A stretch of 64,000 bases of DNA from contig CAZTCJ010000009.1 of the NCBI GenBank assembly GCA_964612085.1, forward strand, positions 3,730 through 67,729, in the 5' to 3' direction. Below are positions 39,871 through 46,396 of this stretch, one piece after another. The position numbers and the translations under genes were made by a program. Positions within the stretch are counted from its first letter, which is position 1; each line of letters begins with the position of its first letter. The DNA is from an uncultured Alphaproteobacteria bacterium (GTDB taxonomy: Bacteria; Pseudomonadota; Alphaproteobacteria; JAJFIK01). The notes below the pieces were generated by a model that saw only the letters and a list, made by a program, of their open reading frames with translations, did no database searches and was not told where the DNA came from.

Positions 39871-41001
39871 ATGCCGAATTTCGAAACCTGGGGCCCGGAA
39901 GAATGGACCGTCGTTGCACGGTTCGTTGGTGCTTTCGCGCAAGTCATTCTCGCTGTCGGCGCCTTGATCGGCGGCGTGTGGGCTGTGATCACTTATAGCC
40001 GAAACCGCCGTTTTCAGGCTGCAAACTGGCTGAAAGATCTCTTCAAAGACGTTTACCTTAACGACTACTTCAATAAAGCCCGCTCCAGGATCGAGTATAA
40101 CTTTATGGAAGAAGTCGCGCCAGTTCTACAAAAACGCATTACAAACCGATCCATCCCAACAAATGAAAGAGAGCAGAACTTACTACTGGAAATCGACAAC
40201 TTTCTAAACATGTTCGAAGTTATTTTGTATTTAAGGGGAAATAGACAAATAAAAAGATCAGATATGTTTTCTGTATTTCGTTATTGGTTCTATGATCTGA
40301 TAAAACGCGAAGAGCATGCCTTATTGCGCAGTTATATTCTTGAGTTTCACTTCAAAAGTATTTCAGATTATGTCGACGAAGCCCAACAAGAACATGACTA
40401 TATTTTCGTCTACGGATTATTTCGGGAAAAAGAGTTCCAGAAACACTGGTCCGACTGCCTCGATTTCGAAAAAGCGAAGCCGGCCGTGGCAAGGGGTTCG
40501 ATCTATCACGCGAAGGCCAACAGTCCCGTCGCGAAGAGAACCGGCGGGGAAACCCGCAGCCCTCATGGATTTCCCTTCCTAATTTATGCGGCCAATGAGG
40601 ACGATCCCTCTTATGGCGTCGTGCACGGCGAAGCCGTTCCTATCCGAAAAGGGATGCGCCACAGGATTTTACAACGCATGGATGACCAGGAGGGGTATCG
40701 TCCGAATGAAGAAGCCGATTGCCCTTTGATTCGCCGCCGGATCCGGGTCCGCATGCCGCGCCCGGGTGTGGAAAATCCGCAGATCGATGTCGATAAGCAT
40801 TGGGAGCTTGTTGATGCGTGGTTATATATATTCAATCGCTACAGCGCGCAGTTCATGCCCACACAGCCTATCTTTGAGGATCATGTCTCGCTGAGCCTGC
40901 AAGACAGCGGACCGGATTCATACACGAAGATCCTCAAAGGCGACTGGATCAGTTATTTGGAGACCCTGAACCTGAATACCGGGGATTACAGAAAAACATG
41001 A
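39871..41001 (+). CDS. membrane-anchored protein: N-terminal TM + helical domain fused to a divergent GGCT/YtfP-like (gamma-glutamyl cyclotransferase fold) domain
   Basis: TM segment VVARFVGAFAQVILAVGALIGGVWAVI. C-terminal half aligns by eye to E. coli YtfP-type motifs: YIFVYGLFREKEF (vs FVYGSLR), VVHGEAVPI (vs VHGEVYRI, catalytic Glu), LQRMDDQEGY (vs LDxxEG), VDAWLYIF (vs AWMYVY). AT-rich codon usage. Confidence 0.75.
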   Translation: MPNFETWGPEEWTVVARFVGAFAQVILAVGALIGGVWAVITYSRNRRFQAANWLKDLFKDVYLNDYFNKARSRIEYNFMEEVAPVLQKRITNRSIPTNEREQNLLLEIDNFLNMFEVILYLRGNRQIKRSDMFSVFRYWFYDLIKREEHALLRSYILEFHFKSISDYVDEAQQEHDYIFVYGLFREKEFQKHWSDCLDFEKAKPAVARGSIYHAKANSPVAKRTGGETRSPHGFPFLIYAANEDDPSYGVVHGEAVPIRKGMRHRILQRMDDQEGYRPNEEADCPLIRRRIRVRMPRPGVENPQIDVDKHWELVDAWLYIFNRYSAQFMPTQPIFEDHVSLSLQDSGPDSYTKILKGDWISYLETLNLNTGDYRKT

Positions 41002-41495
41002 AGACCGCATCAGGCAATTCCGAAAAGCAATATTTGTTCCTATACGGATCCTTGCGACAAGGCCAGACCGACTTCGAAACGCTCGATCTCGGACAATATC
41101 TGGATTTTGTCGGCGAACGGTCGATGAAAGGATATCTCTACGATCTCGGCGCCTATCCTGGCGTCAAGCTAAACCCTTCGGAAGAAGAAAAAAAGAAGGG
41201 CTTGAAGGACGAGGTCAAAGGGGAACTTTTCGAGATCCGGGACAAGAAAGTGCTGACGACGCTTGATGCGTTTGAGCGCTTCGATGAGGAAAATCAAAAG
41301 GACTCTCTTTATATTAGGGTTGAAGTAGACGCTCTTGGTCCTGACGGAGCCCCCGCATGGACATATGAGTACAATCAGCCGATCGGCCCTAAACAACAAG
41401 CTGTCAAAGGCGGCGACTGGTTAAAGCACTTACGGAATAGGGAAGAGAAAAAGGCATCCGCCGAAAAGCGCCCCCTCATTGAGCGCAAAGCGTGA
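40998..41495 (+). CDS. gamma-glutamyl cyclotransferase-fold protein (GGCT/GGACT/YtfP-like)
   Basis: Canonical motifs LFLYGSLRQG, GYLYDLGAYPGV, VKGELFEI, LDAFERF...SLYIRVEV, PAWTYEY. ATGA overlap with the upstream ORF. Confidence 0.85.
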   Translation: MKTASGNSEKQYLFLYGSLRQGQTDFETLDLGQYLDFVGERSMKGYLYDLGAYPGVKLNPSEEEKKKGLKDEVKGELFEIRDKKVLTTLDAFERFDEENQKDSLYIRVEVDALGPDGAPAWTYEYNQPIGPKQQAVKGGDWLKHLRNREEKKASAEKRPLIERKA

Positions 41496-41508
41496 TGCCG
41501 GGGGCGAC

Positions 41509-42825
41509 ATGATACCGACAATTGGCCTGGAAGAAGAATTCTTCCTGATTGACGATAAGCTCTCCCCGCCTTTTGAGACCCGCAGATCCAAAATCGATGC
41601 TCTTGTTGAGTATCTAAATGAACAGCACAAAGAGGTTTGCGTTATACAGCGCTGTCCTGCGAATCCGGAAGAGTTCGGAAAAATTCCGGAACATTTCGAA
41701 CGTGAGCTTTTTTCTTGCATCATTGAACTCAAGACCGATTATCACTGGCAACTCGACCGGGTCTGGAACAGCCTGACCAGGCTGCGCAACGGTCTTGCGC
41801 AAGGCGCTTTGCATCATCAGTTCGAAGTTTTGGCGTCGGGCAGTCATCCTTTGGCCGACTGGCGCTGTTACAAAATGACGGGTGCGAAGAGAACCCCCCA
41901 TTTGCAAAATCTTTTTGGGGAACGATTCTTTGTGTGTGGCCTGCACGTCCATGTGGGCTTGGACAAAACGGACCGGGAAGGGCTCATTTGGCTGCTTCAA
42001 ATCTTCCGACCTCTACTGCCATTGTTCCTGGCCCTGACGGCCTCGTCACCCTTTTGGCGTGGCCACAATGCCCGCATGGCCTCCTGCCGCAGTTCCATTT
42101 TTGCGTCCATTCCCCGTGGGGGGCTCCCGCCGAAACTGCAGCGGTACAGGGAATTTGACGCTTATATGGAGGGTCTAAAAACCTTCGCAAAACCGCGCTC
42201 TCCAAAGGAACCGAAAGAGCTCAAGCAACCCCAATGGCTCGCGCGGCCCAGTATCCGGTTTCCGACGATCGAGATCCGCATCATGGATGCCTGCATCAAG
42301 GCCACGGACAGCATGGCCTTAGCCGCACTAATCCAAACGATTGCTCTGTTCGCCCAGTCTTTCCGCAATCCGCTTCTGCGTCTGCCCGGCAGCGTACCCG
42401 TTGTGGGACGGCGACTGGGGCGCAGAGCACATTTTATTCAGCTTTTGCAATCGCAACCGGATCAACTGATCGATGAAAACTTGTGGCGAGCAGCCCGGTT
42501 CGGTCATGATACGGAATTTATTTTCTCAATCCCCAACGACAGCGGGCGCACATCGTCGTATACGGTCAAGGATCTGTTAGACCGGATCATGACAATCTGC
42601 GATCCTGAGATAAACCAGTTGGGGAATCGGCCATGGCTCGATCCGATTCGAGACATTCTTGAATACGGCCCCTGCTTTAAATCTCAAGTGGACTTCTATA
42701 TTTGTCACAAACGAGAAACGCAGGACACAAGAAAAGCGCTTCAGGCCGTAACGCGAGCCCTGATCGATCGGACCATGGCGGAATTGTCCATGGGCGACCC
42801 GCAAACCGCTACGCAAACACGGTAA
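41509..42825 (+). CDS. carboxylate-amine ligase, glutamate-cysteine ligase family 2 (GCS2/YbdK-like)
   Basis: Matches YbdK along its length by eye: TIGLEEEFFLID, CIIELKT, GSHPLADW, FVCGLHVHVGL, LALTASSPFWRGHNARMASCRSSIF, RPSIRFPTIEIRIMDA. The ATG at 41509 lies 13 nt after the upstream stop. The track's TTG start at 41479 would overlap by 17 nt. Confidence 0.85.
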   Translation: MIPTIGLEEEFFLIDDKLSPPFETRRSKIDALVEYLNEQHKEVCVIQRCPANPEEFGKIPEHFERELFSCIIELKTDYHWQLDRVWNSLTRLRNGLAQGALHHQFEVLASGSHPLADWRCYKMTGAKRTPHLQNLFGERFFVCGLHVHVGLDKTDREGLIWLLQIFRPLLPLFLALTASSPFWRGHNARMASCRSSIFASIPRGGLPPKLQRYREFDAYMEGLKTFAKPRSPKEPKELKQPQWLARPSIRFPTIEIRIMDACIKATDSMALAALIQTIALFAQSFRNPLLRLPGSVPVVGRRLGRRAHFIQLLQSQPDQLIDENLWRAARFGHDTEFIFSIPNDSGRTSSYTVKDLLDRIMTICDPEINQLGNRPWLDPIRDILEYGPCFKSQVDFYICHKRETQDTRKALQAVTRALIDRTMAELSMGDPQTATQTR

Positions 42826-42960
42826 AGCTGCATCGAAACCAATGATAAAAGACTGCATCCTCTTTACGTTTGCGATATGTGCCGTTACCGCCTGCGCCGC
42901 GCCATCCGCAGATCTGCCGCCGCCGGAGCCCCGGCCCTGACCGTGTCAGCCCCCCGCACC

Positions 42961-43392
42961 ATGCCCTTCACCGGCGCCAAGATCGCGCTCCTTCAGGGCG
43001 CTGAGCTTCTCGTCTACAGGCGTGACGACAAGCCCGGTCTTCCGTTCCCCAATCTGTGGGACATGCCCGGCGGCGGGCGGGAGGGGGACGAGACGCCGGA
43101 AGACTGCGTGCTGCGTGAGACCTGGGAGGAGTTCGGCCTCACCATCGCAGCCCACCGGATCGTCTGGTCACTGAGCATGCCAAGCGCGAAGCGGCCGGGC
43201 CATGTGGGATGGTTTTTCGTGGCCTTCATCACCGATGAGGAGATCGCCAGCATCCGCTTCGGCGACGAGGGCCAGTACTGGCGCATGATGCCGGTCGAAG
43301 AGTATCTGGCGCGCGATGACGCGATCCCGCAATTGCAGGACCGGCTCAAAGCGTATCAGCGCAGCCTGGCCGATCAGACACCAGGGGACTAA
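42961..43392 (+). CDS. Nudix hydrolase
   Basis: Nudix box GGGREGDETPEDCVLRETWEEFGL. Start chosen at MPFTGAKIAL. Host-like high GC. Confidence 0.8.
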   Translation: MPFTGAKIALLQGAELLVYRRDDKPGLPFPNLWDMPGGGREGDETPEDCVLRETWEEFGLTIAAHRIVWSLSMPSAKRPGHVGWFFVAFITDEEIASIRFGDEGQYWRMMPVEEYLARDDAIPQLQDRLKAYQRSLADQTPGD

Positions 43393-43496
43393 CTGTCGAA
43401 TTTGTATAGAAGCGCACACATCTAAACGTGTTGCGATTCTGGATTCACACCTCCATGATGTGTGATATCAAACGAAAAAAGCTTCAGGGGGCAGGC

Positions 43497-43766
43497 GTGG
43501 CAGGAACGGTGAGGTCCGTGGTTCGGACCGAGGTTTTAGAGGCCGTGGAACAGGCCTTGGCCGAGGCGGGCGGCGATCCGGTCGAGGCCGTCAAATACCT
43601 GCGCCAGCAAGCCGCAGCCGACCGGCAGCTCAGCCATCTCCTCAGCGACCCTTGCGTGCCCCGCGCCAAACCCGCGCGCCCCGCTTCTCCCATCGCGGAC
43701 CAACCCCTGCCCCTGGCGCCCCCGCCGGATGACACGGCCGCCGCCTCCGCGCTGGCGCCAGCCTAG
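43497..43766 (+). CDS. hypothetical small protein (weak call)
   Basis: In-frame GTG preceded by AGGGGG. GC3-rich, a helical N-terminus then a Pro/Ala-rich tail. No family recognised. Confidence 0.3.
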   Translation: MAGTVRSVVRTEVLEAVEQALAEAGGDPVEAVKYLRQQAAADRQLSHLLSDPCVPRAKPARPASPIADQPLPLAPPPDDTAAASALAPA

Positions 43767-43881
43767 GCAAGCCCCCGTCCTCCTAACCGCATGGAAATAA
43801 GTCCCGTTTCGCCAGCGCCCGCCCATTTGTGCTAGGCTGCGGCCAAGGCAAGGGAGCGCCAACCCGCGGGAGGAACAGGTC

Positions 43882-44562
43882 ATGCGCACGCTTATCACCA
43901 TCGGCATTTTGCTGTTGGTCATCGTGGTGGGCGGCCTCGCCCTGATCTATTCGTTCCGCGACCCGCTTCTGAAAGCCAGCATCGAGCAGATCGGCTCGGA
44001 TGCCTCGGGCACGGCGCTGACCATCGGCGGTCTGGAGACCGACCTGGTCGAGGGCGAAATCGTCATCTCTAATCTGGAGATCGACAATCCCAGCGGCTTT
44101 TCGCCCAACACGGCCATCACGATCCCAACGATCCGCATGCAAATGGACCTGGGCAACAGCCCGGCGGGCACCATCGTCTTCCAGGATATCCGCGTCGGCC
44201 CGCCCGACATCCTGTTCGAGATCGCGGGCGGCACCAGCAATATCGAGAAACTGCGCCAAAATATCGAGGATTACGGCCTGTCCCAACGGGGCAGCACGAG
44301 CAGCGGTAATTCCTTCATTGTGGAAACACTGCGGATCGACGAGGGAACCATCACGGTGCGGATCGCCGACACGGAACCCGACACTTTGAGCCTGCCCGCC
44401 TTCAGCATGGAGGATCTGGGCAATGAGACGAGCGGACCGTTGAGCGGGCCCATGCTGACCGCCAAGGTGTTGAACGAGATCGCGCGCCGGGTGGTCGATC
44501 AGATCGCCAAAAGTCCGTATCAGCAGCGGTTCAACGCCCTTATGGGCGCGACGCCGTTCTGA
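43882..44562 (+). CDS. N-terminally anchored periplasmic hypothetical protein
   Basis: TM anchor LITIGILLLVIVVGGLALIY, then a beta-rich domain. GGAGGAACAGGTC precedes the ATG, and a hairpin follows the stop. Confidence 0.65.
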   Translation: MRTLITIGILLLVIVVGGLALIYSFRDPLLKASIEQIGSDASGTALTIGGLETDLVEGEIVISNLEIDNPSGFSPNTAITIPTIRMQMDLGNSPAGTIVFQDIRVGPPDILFEIAGGTSNIEKLRQNIEDYGLSQRGSTSSGNSFIVETLRIDEGTITVRIADTEPDTLSLPAFSMEDLGNETSGPLSGPMLTAKVLNEIARRVVDQIAKSPYQQRFNALMGATPF

Positions 44563-44582
44563 CCCGGCCATAAAACGCTTCT

Positions 44583-44629
44583 TCGGAAAAGAAAACGGGT
44601 CCACCGGCGCGGCCGCCGGCAGACCCGTT
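44583..44629 (-). terminator. strong intrinsic terminator (minus strand), with the hairpin shared by the convergent plus-strand gene
   Basis: AACGGGUC-ug-CCGGCG-gccg-CGCCGG-ug-GACCCGUU, followed on the minus strand by UUCUUUUCC. On the plus strand it is followed by AUUCCU only. Confidence 0.7.
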
Positions 44630-44852
44630 ATTCCTAGGACGTTTCCGCCAAAAAACGTCCAGGCCCCCCGTGGTGGTACGCCACCCCTGGTGCCATCCGA
44701 CCGGACCAACCCCGAGACGGTCCGGCTCCCCCGGATTCGGAAAATTCTGTGTGGACGAGAAGCGGGAGCGGCAGTGAGGTGAAGGGGGTCGCAACGGTAA
44801 CCACCGCCCCCGCCTGTGACGCGGCAAGGTACGCATGCCACGACGTCCACAT
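44583..44852 (-). ncRNA. candidate sigma54-dependent structured RNA (about 270 nt, family unknown)
   Basis: Bounded by a perfect sigma54 promoter and an intrinsic terminator. Contains an 8-bp long-range stem (44844-44851 with 44750-44757), hairpin GGACGUUU/AAACGUCC (44637-44660) and several GC stems. No ORF with a credible SD. Confidence 0.45.
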
Positions 44853-44862
44853 GTCCCTTAAT

Positions 44863-44877
44863 GGCAAGGGGTGTGCC
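44863..44877 (-). promoter_or_regulatory. sigma54 (RpoN) -24/-12 promoter
   Basis: The minus strand reads TTGGCACACCCCTTGCC, i.e. TGGCAC-N5-TTGC with exact consensus spacing. Confidence 0.65.
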
Positions 44878-45031
44878 AAACGGAGGCGGCGCCGGAAATT
44901 CCGTGTTAACCCGTTGAGTTTACAGTAAAACTTTAAATCGTACGGAAATCAGGGCGGATCTGACAGGCCCCCGGTTCGCGGCACGCACTGCAAATTGCAA
45001 CGCAGCCTGCCCAACTCTGCGGGATGACACG

Positions 45032-45448
45032 ATGAAAACCCTTGCCGCGACGGCCGTTCTGGCGCTCTTGCTCGCTTTTGCATGCCCTCAGGCTCAGGCC
45101 GCCGGCGCCAATGCCGGCCAGACCGGCAAAAGCGGCGCGACGGTCAATTTCGTTTCCCTGGAGCCGTTTCAGGTGACCGTCTTCGCGCGCGGACGCCCGC
45201 GCGGCGTTCTGGTGGTCGATATCGGCCTGGAAATCAACGACCCTGCGGCGCGCCGCTACGCCCAGGCCGCTCTGCCGCGCCTGCGCGATCAGATCCTGCG
45301 CACCTTGAACGCCATGGCGACCCGGTCCATCCCCATGCACAAGCCCGTCGCCGTGGAGCGCATCGCGAACCGCCTGCAAGGCATCGCCGACAGCTATACG
45401 CAAGGCATCGATGTTCTGCTGGTCAATGTGGTGCTGCACGGACGATAA
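45032..45448 (+). CDS. small exported protein, FliL-like pattern (tentative)
   Basis: Signal peptide MKTLAATAVLALLLAFACPQAQA. FVSLEPFQVTVF...VLVVDIGLEINDP...LPRLRDQILRTL resembles the FliL C-terminal domain. Confidence 0.55.
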   Translation: MKTLAATAVLALLLAFACPQAQAAGANAGQTGKSGATVNFVSLEPFQVTVFARGRPRGVLVVDIGLEINDPAARRYAQAALPRLRDQILRTLNAMATRSIPMHKPVAVERIANRLQGIADSYTQGIDVLLVNVVLHGR

Positions 45449-45451
45449 GCG

Positions 45452-46396
45452 TCAAGGCAGATCAGTCTGCTCACTGACGCCATCGGTGCCGAACAGCAGC
45501 GCGCCGCCTTCAGCGCGAGGCAGCACGAAGGACAGGTCCTGACGGTCGGCCCGGTGAAGCGCCGCGAAGCGCCGCCCGCCGTCGCGGCTCACCGCCACCG
45601 CGCCGCCGAGACCCGCCAGATAAACCGTCCCGTCCCGGACGAGCCCACCGGACAGGGACTGGCGCGTGCCGCTCTCCACCTTGGTCCAGCTCTCGCCCAG
45701 ATCCTCCGAACGCCACACATTACCGCGCATGCCGTGCACTAGAATGGCACCATCGGGTAAGACAAGTCCGCCCCAGAAGGACCCCTGATAACCGGTCTCC
45801 AGCGCCGTGAACGTCTCTTCGCCCAGAGCGCGCCGATAGACCGTGCCGAACTCGGCGGCGATGAACCAGGCCCCTTCGGGCCCCTCGAAAACGCCGTTCA
45901 GATGATCATCCGTCTCCGCCTCATCGCTCAGGCTACGCTCACGCCAGGTCTCGCCGCCATCGGCCGTTTCCAGAAGAAGCGAGAACGCGCCCACGGCGAC
46001 CCCCTGGCCGTTTCGGTTCAGCGCGACGGACAGAAGCGGCGCATCGGCGTCACGGTCCCGGTACTGAACGGTCCAGGTCTCTCCCGCATCGTCCGTTTTC
46101 AGGATCACCGCGTCATGGCCGGTGGCCCAGCCCCGGCGGTCATCGGCAAAGAATACGCTTGTCAGCAGCACATCCACGGGCACCGACTGCGCGGGGCGCC
46201 AAGTTTCTCCGTCATCGTCGGACAAGAGGATGCGCCCACCCTCGCCCACGGCGACGATGCGTCCGTCCGCCCGCGCGGCGTGGATCAGCAGGCCGTCTTC
46301 GGCCGGCCCGGCCCGCACGGCTCCTCCGGCGGCCAGCAACAGACCGATCGAGACGGCGACCCGTGCAACGGAGGCCATGGCGCTCAGGCGGATCAC
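45452..46396 (-). CDS. BNR/Asp-box beta-propeller protein (Ycf48/photosystem II stability factor-like)
   Basis: Repeated SxDxGxTW boxes (SDDDGETW, TDDAGETW, TADGGETW, SEDLGESW, SRDGGRRF) and a signal peptide. Start is either GTG at 46396 (GTGA overlap with the upstream stop) or ATG at 46378. Confidence 0.8.
   Translation of the reverse strand: MIRLSAMASVARVAVSIGLLLAAGGAVRAGPAEDGLLIHAARADGRIVAVGEGGRILLSDDDGETWRPAQSVPVDVLLTSVFFADDRRGWATGHDAVILKTDDAGETWTVQYRDRDADAPLLSVALNRNGQGVAVGAFSLLLETADGGETWRERSLSDEAETDDHLNGVFEGPEGAWFIAAEFGTVYRRALGEETFTALETGYQGSFWGGLVLPDGAILVHGMRGNVWRSEDLGESWTKVESGTRQSLSGGLVRDGTVYLAGLGGAVAVSRDGGRRFAALHRADRQDLSFVLPRAEGGALLFGTDGVSEQTDLP

Larger units (their letters stand above)
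39630..42860. mobile_element. putative horizontally acquired islet at the 3' side of tRNA-Ala (no integrase or repeats found)
   Basis: Base composition drops visibly (long runs at roughly 35-50% GC by eye, against about 65% on both flanks) from about 39.95 kb to about 42.85 kb. It sits directly after a tRNA gene, a classical insertion hotspot. Confidence 0.5.

Noticed and set aside
42902-42908. A possible att-type direct repeat: CCATCCG at the tRNA-Ala 3' end and flank (39627-39633) recurs at 42902-42908 near the right edge of the AT-rich islet.
   Set aside because: It is only 7 nt with GC-biased composition, so it is easily a chance match. No longer duplication of the tRNA 3' half was seen by eye.
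44583-44900. I tried to assign the structured 44.6-44.9 kb region to a known RNA family: SRP/4.5S, two-piece tmRNA, RNase P, 6S, and cobalamin, FMN, TPP and SAM-II riboswitches.
   Set aside because: None of the hallmark sequences is present on either strand: GGAAGGAAGCAGC, a tag ORF plus T-arm, GAGGAAAGUCCGG, the B12 box GCCAGGAGACCUGCC, GGUGAAAUUCC...CCGACGGU, or CUGAGA. No CDS follows on the minus strand, so it is kept only as an unknown candidate ncRNA.
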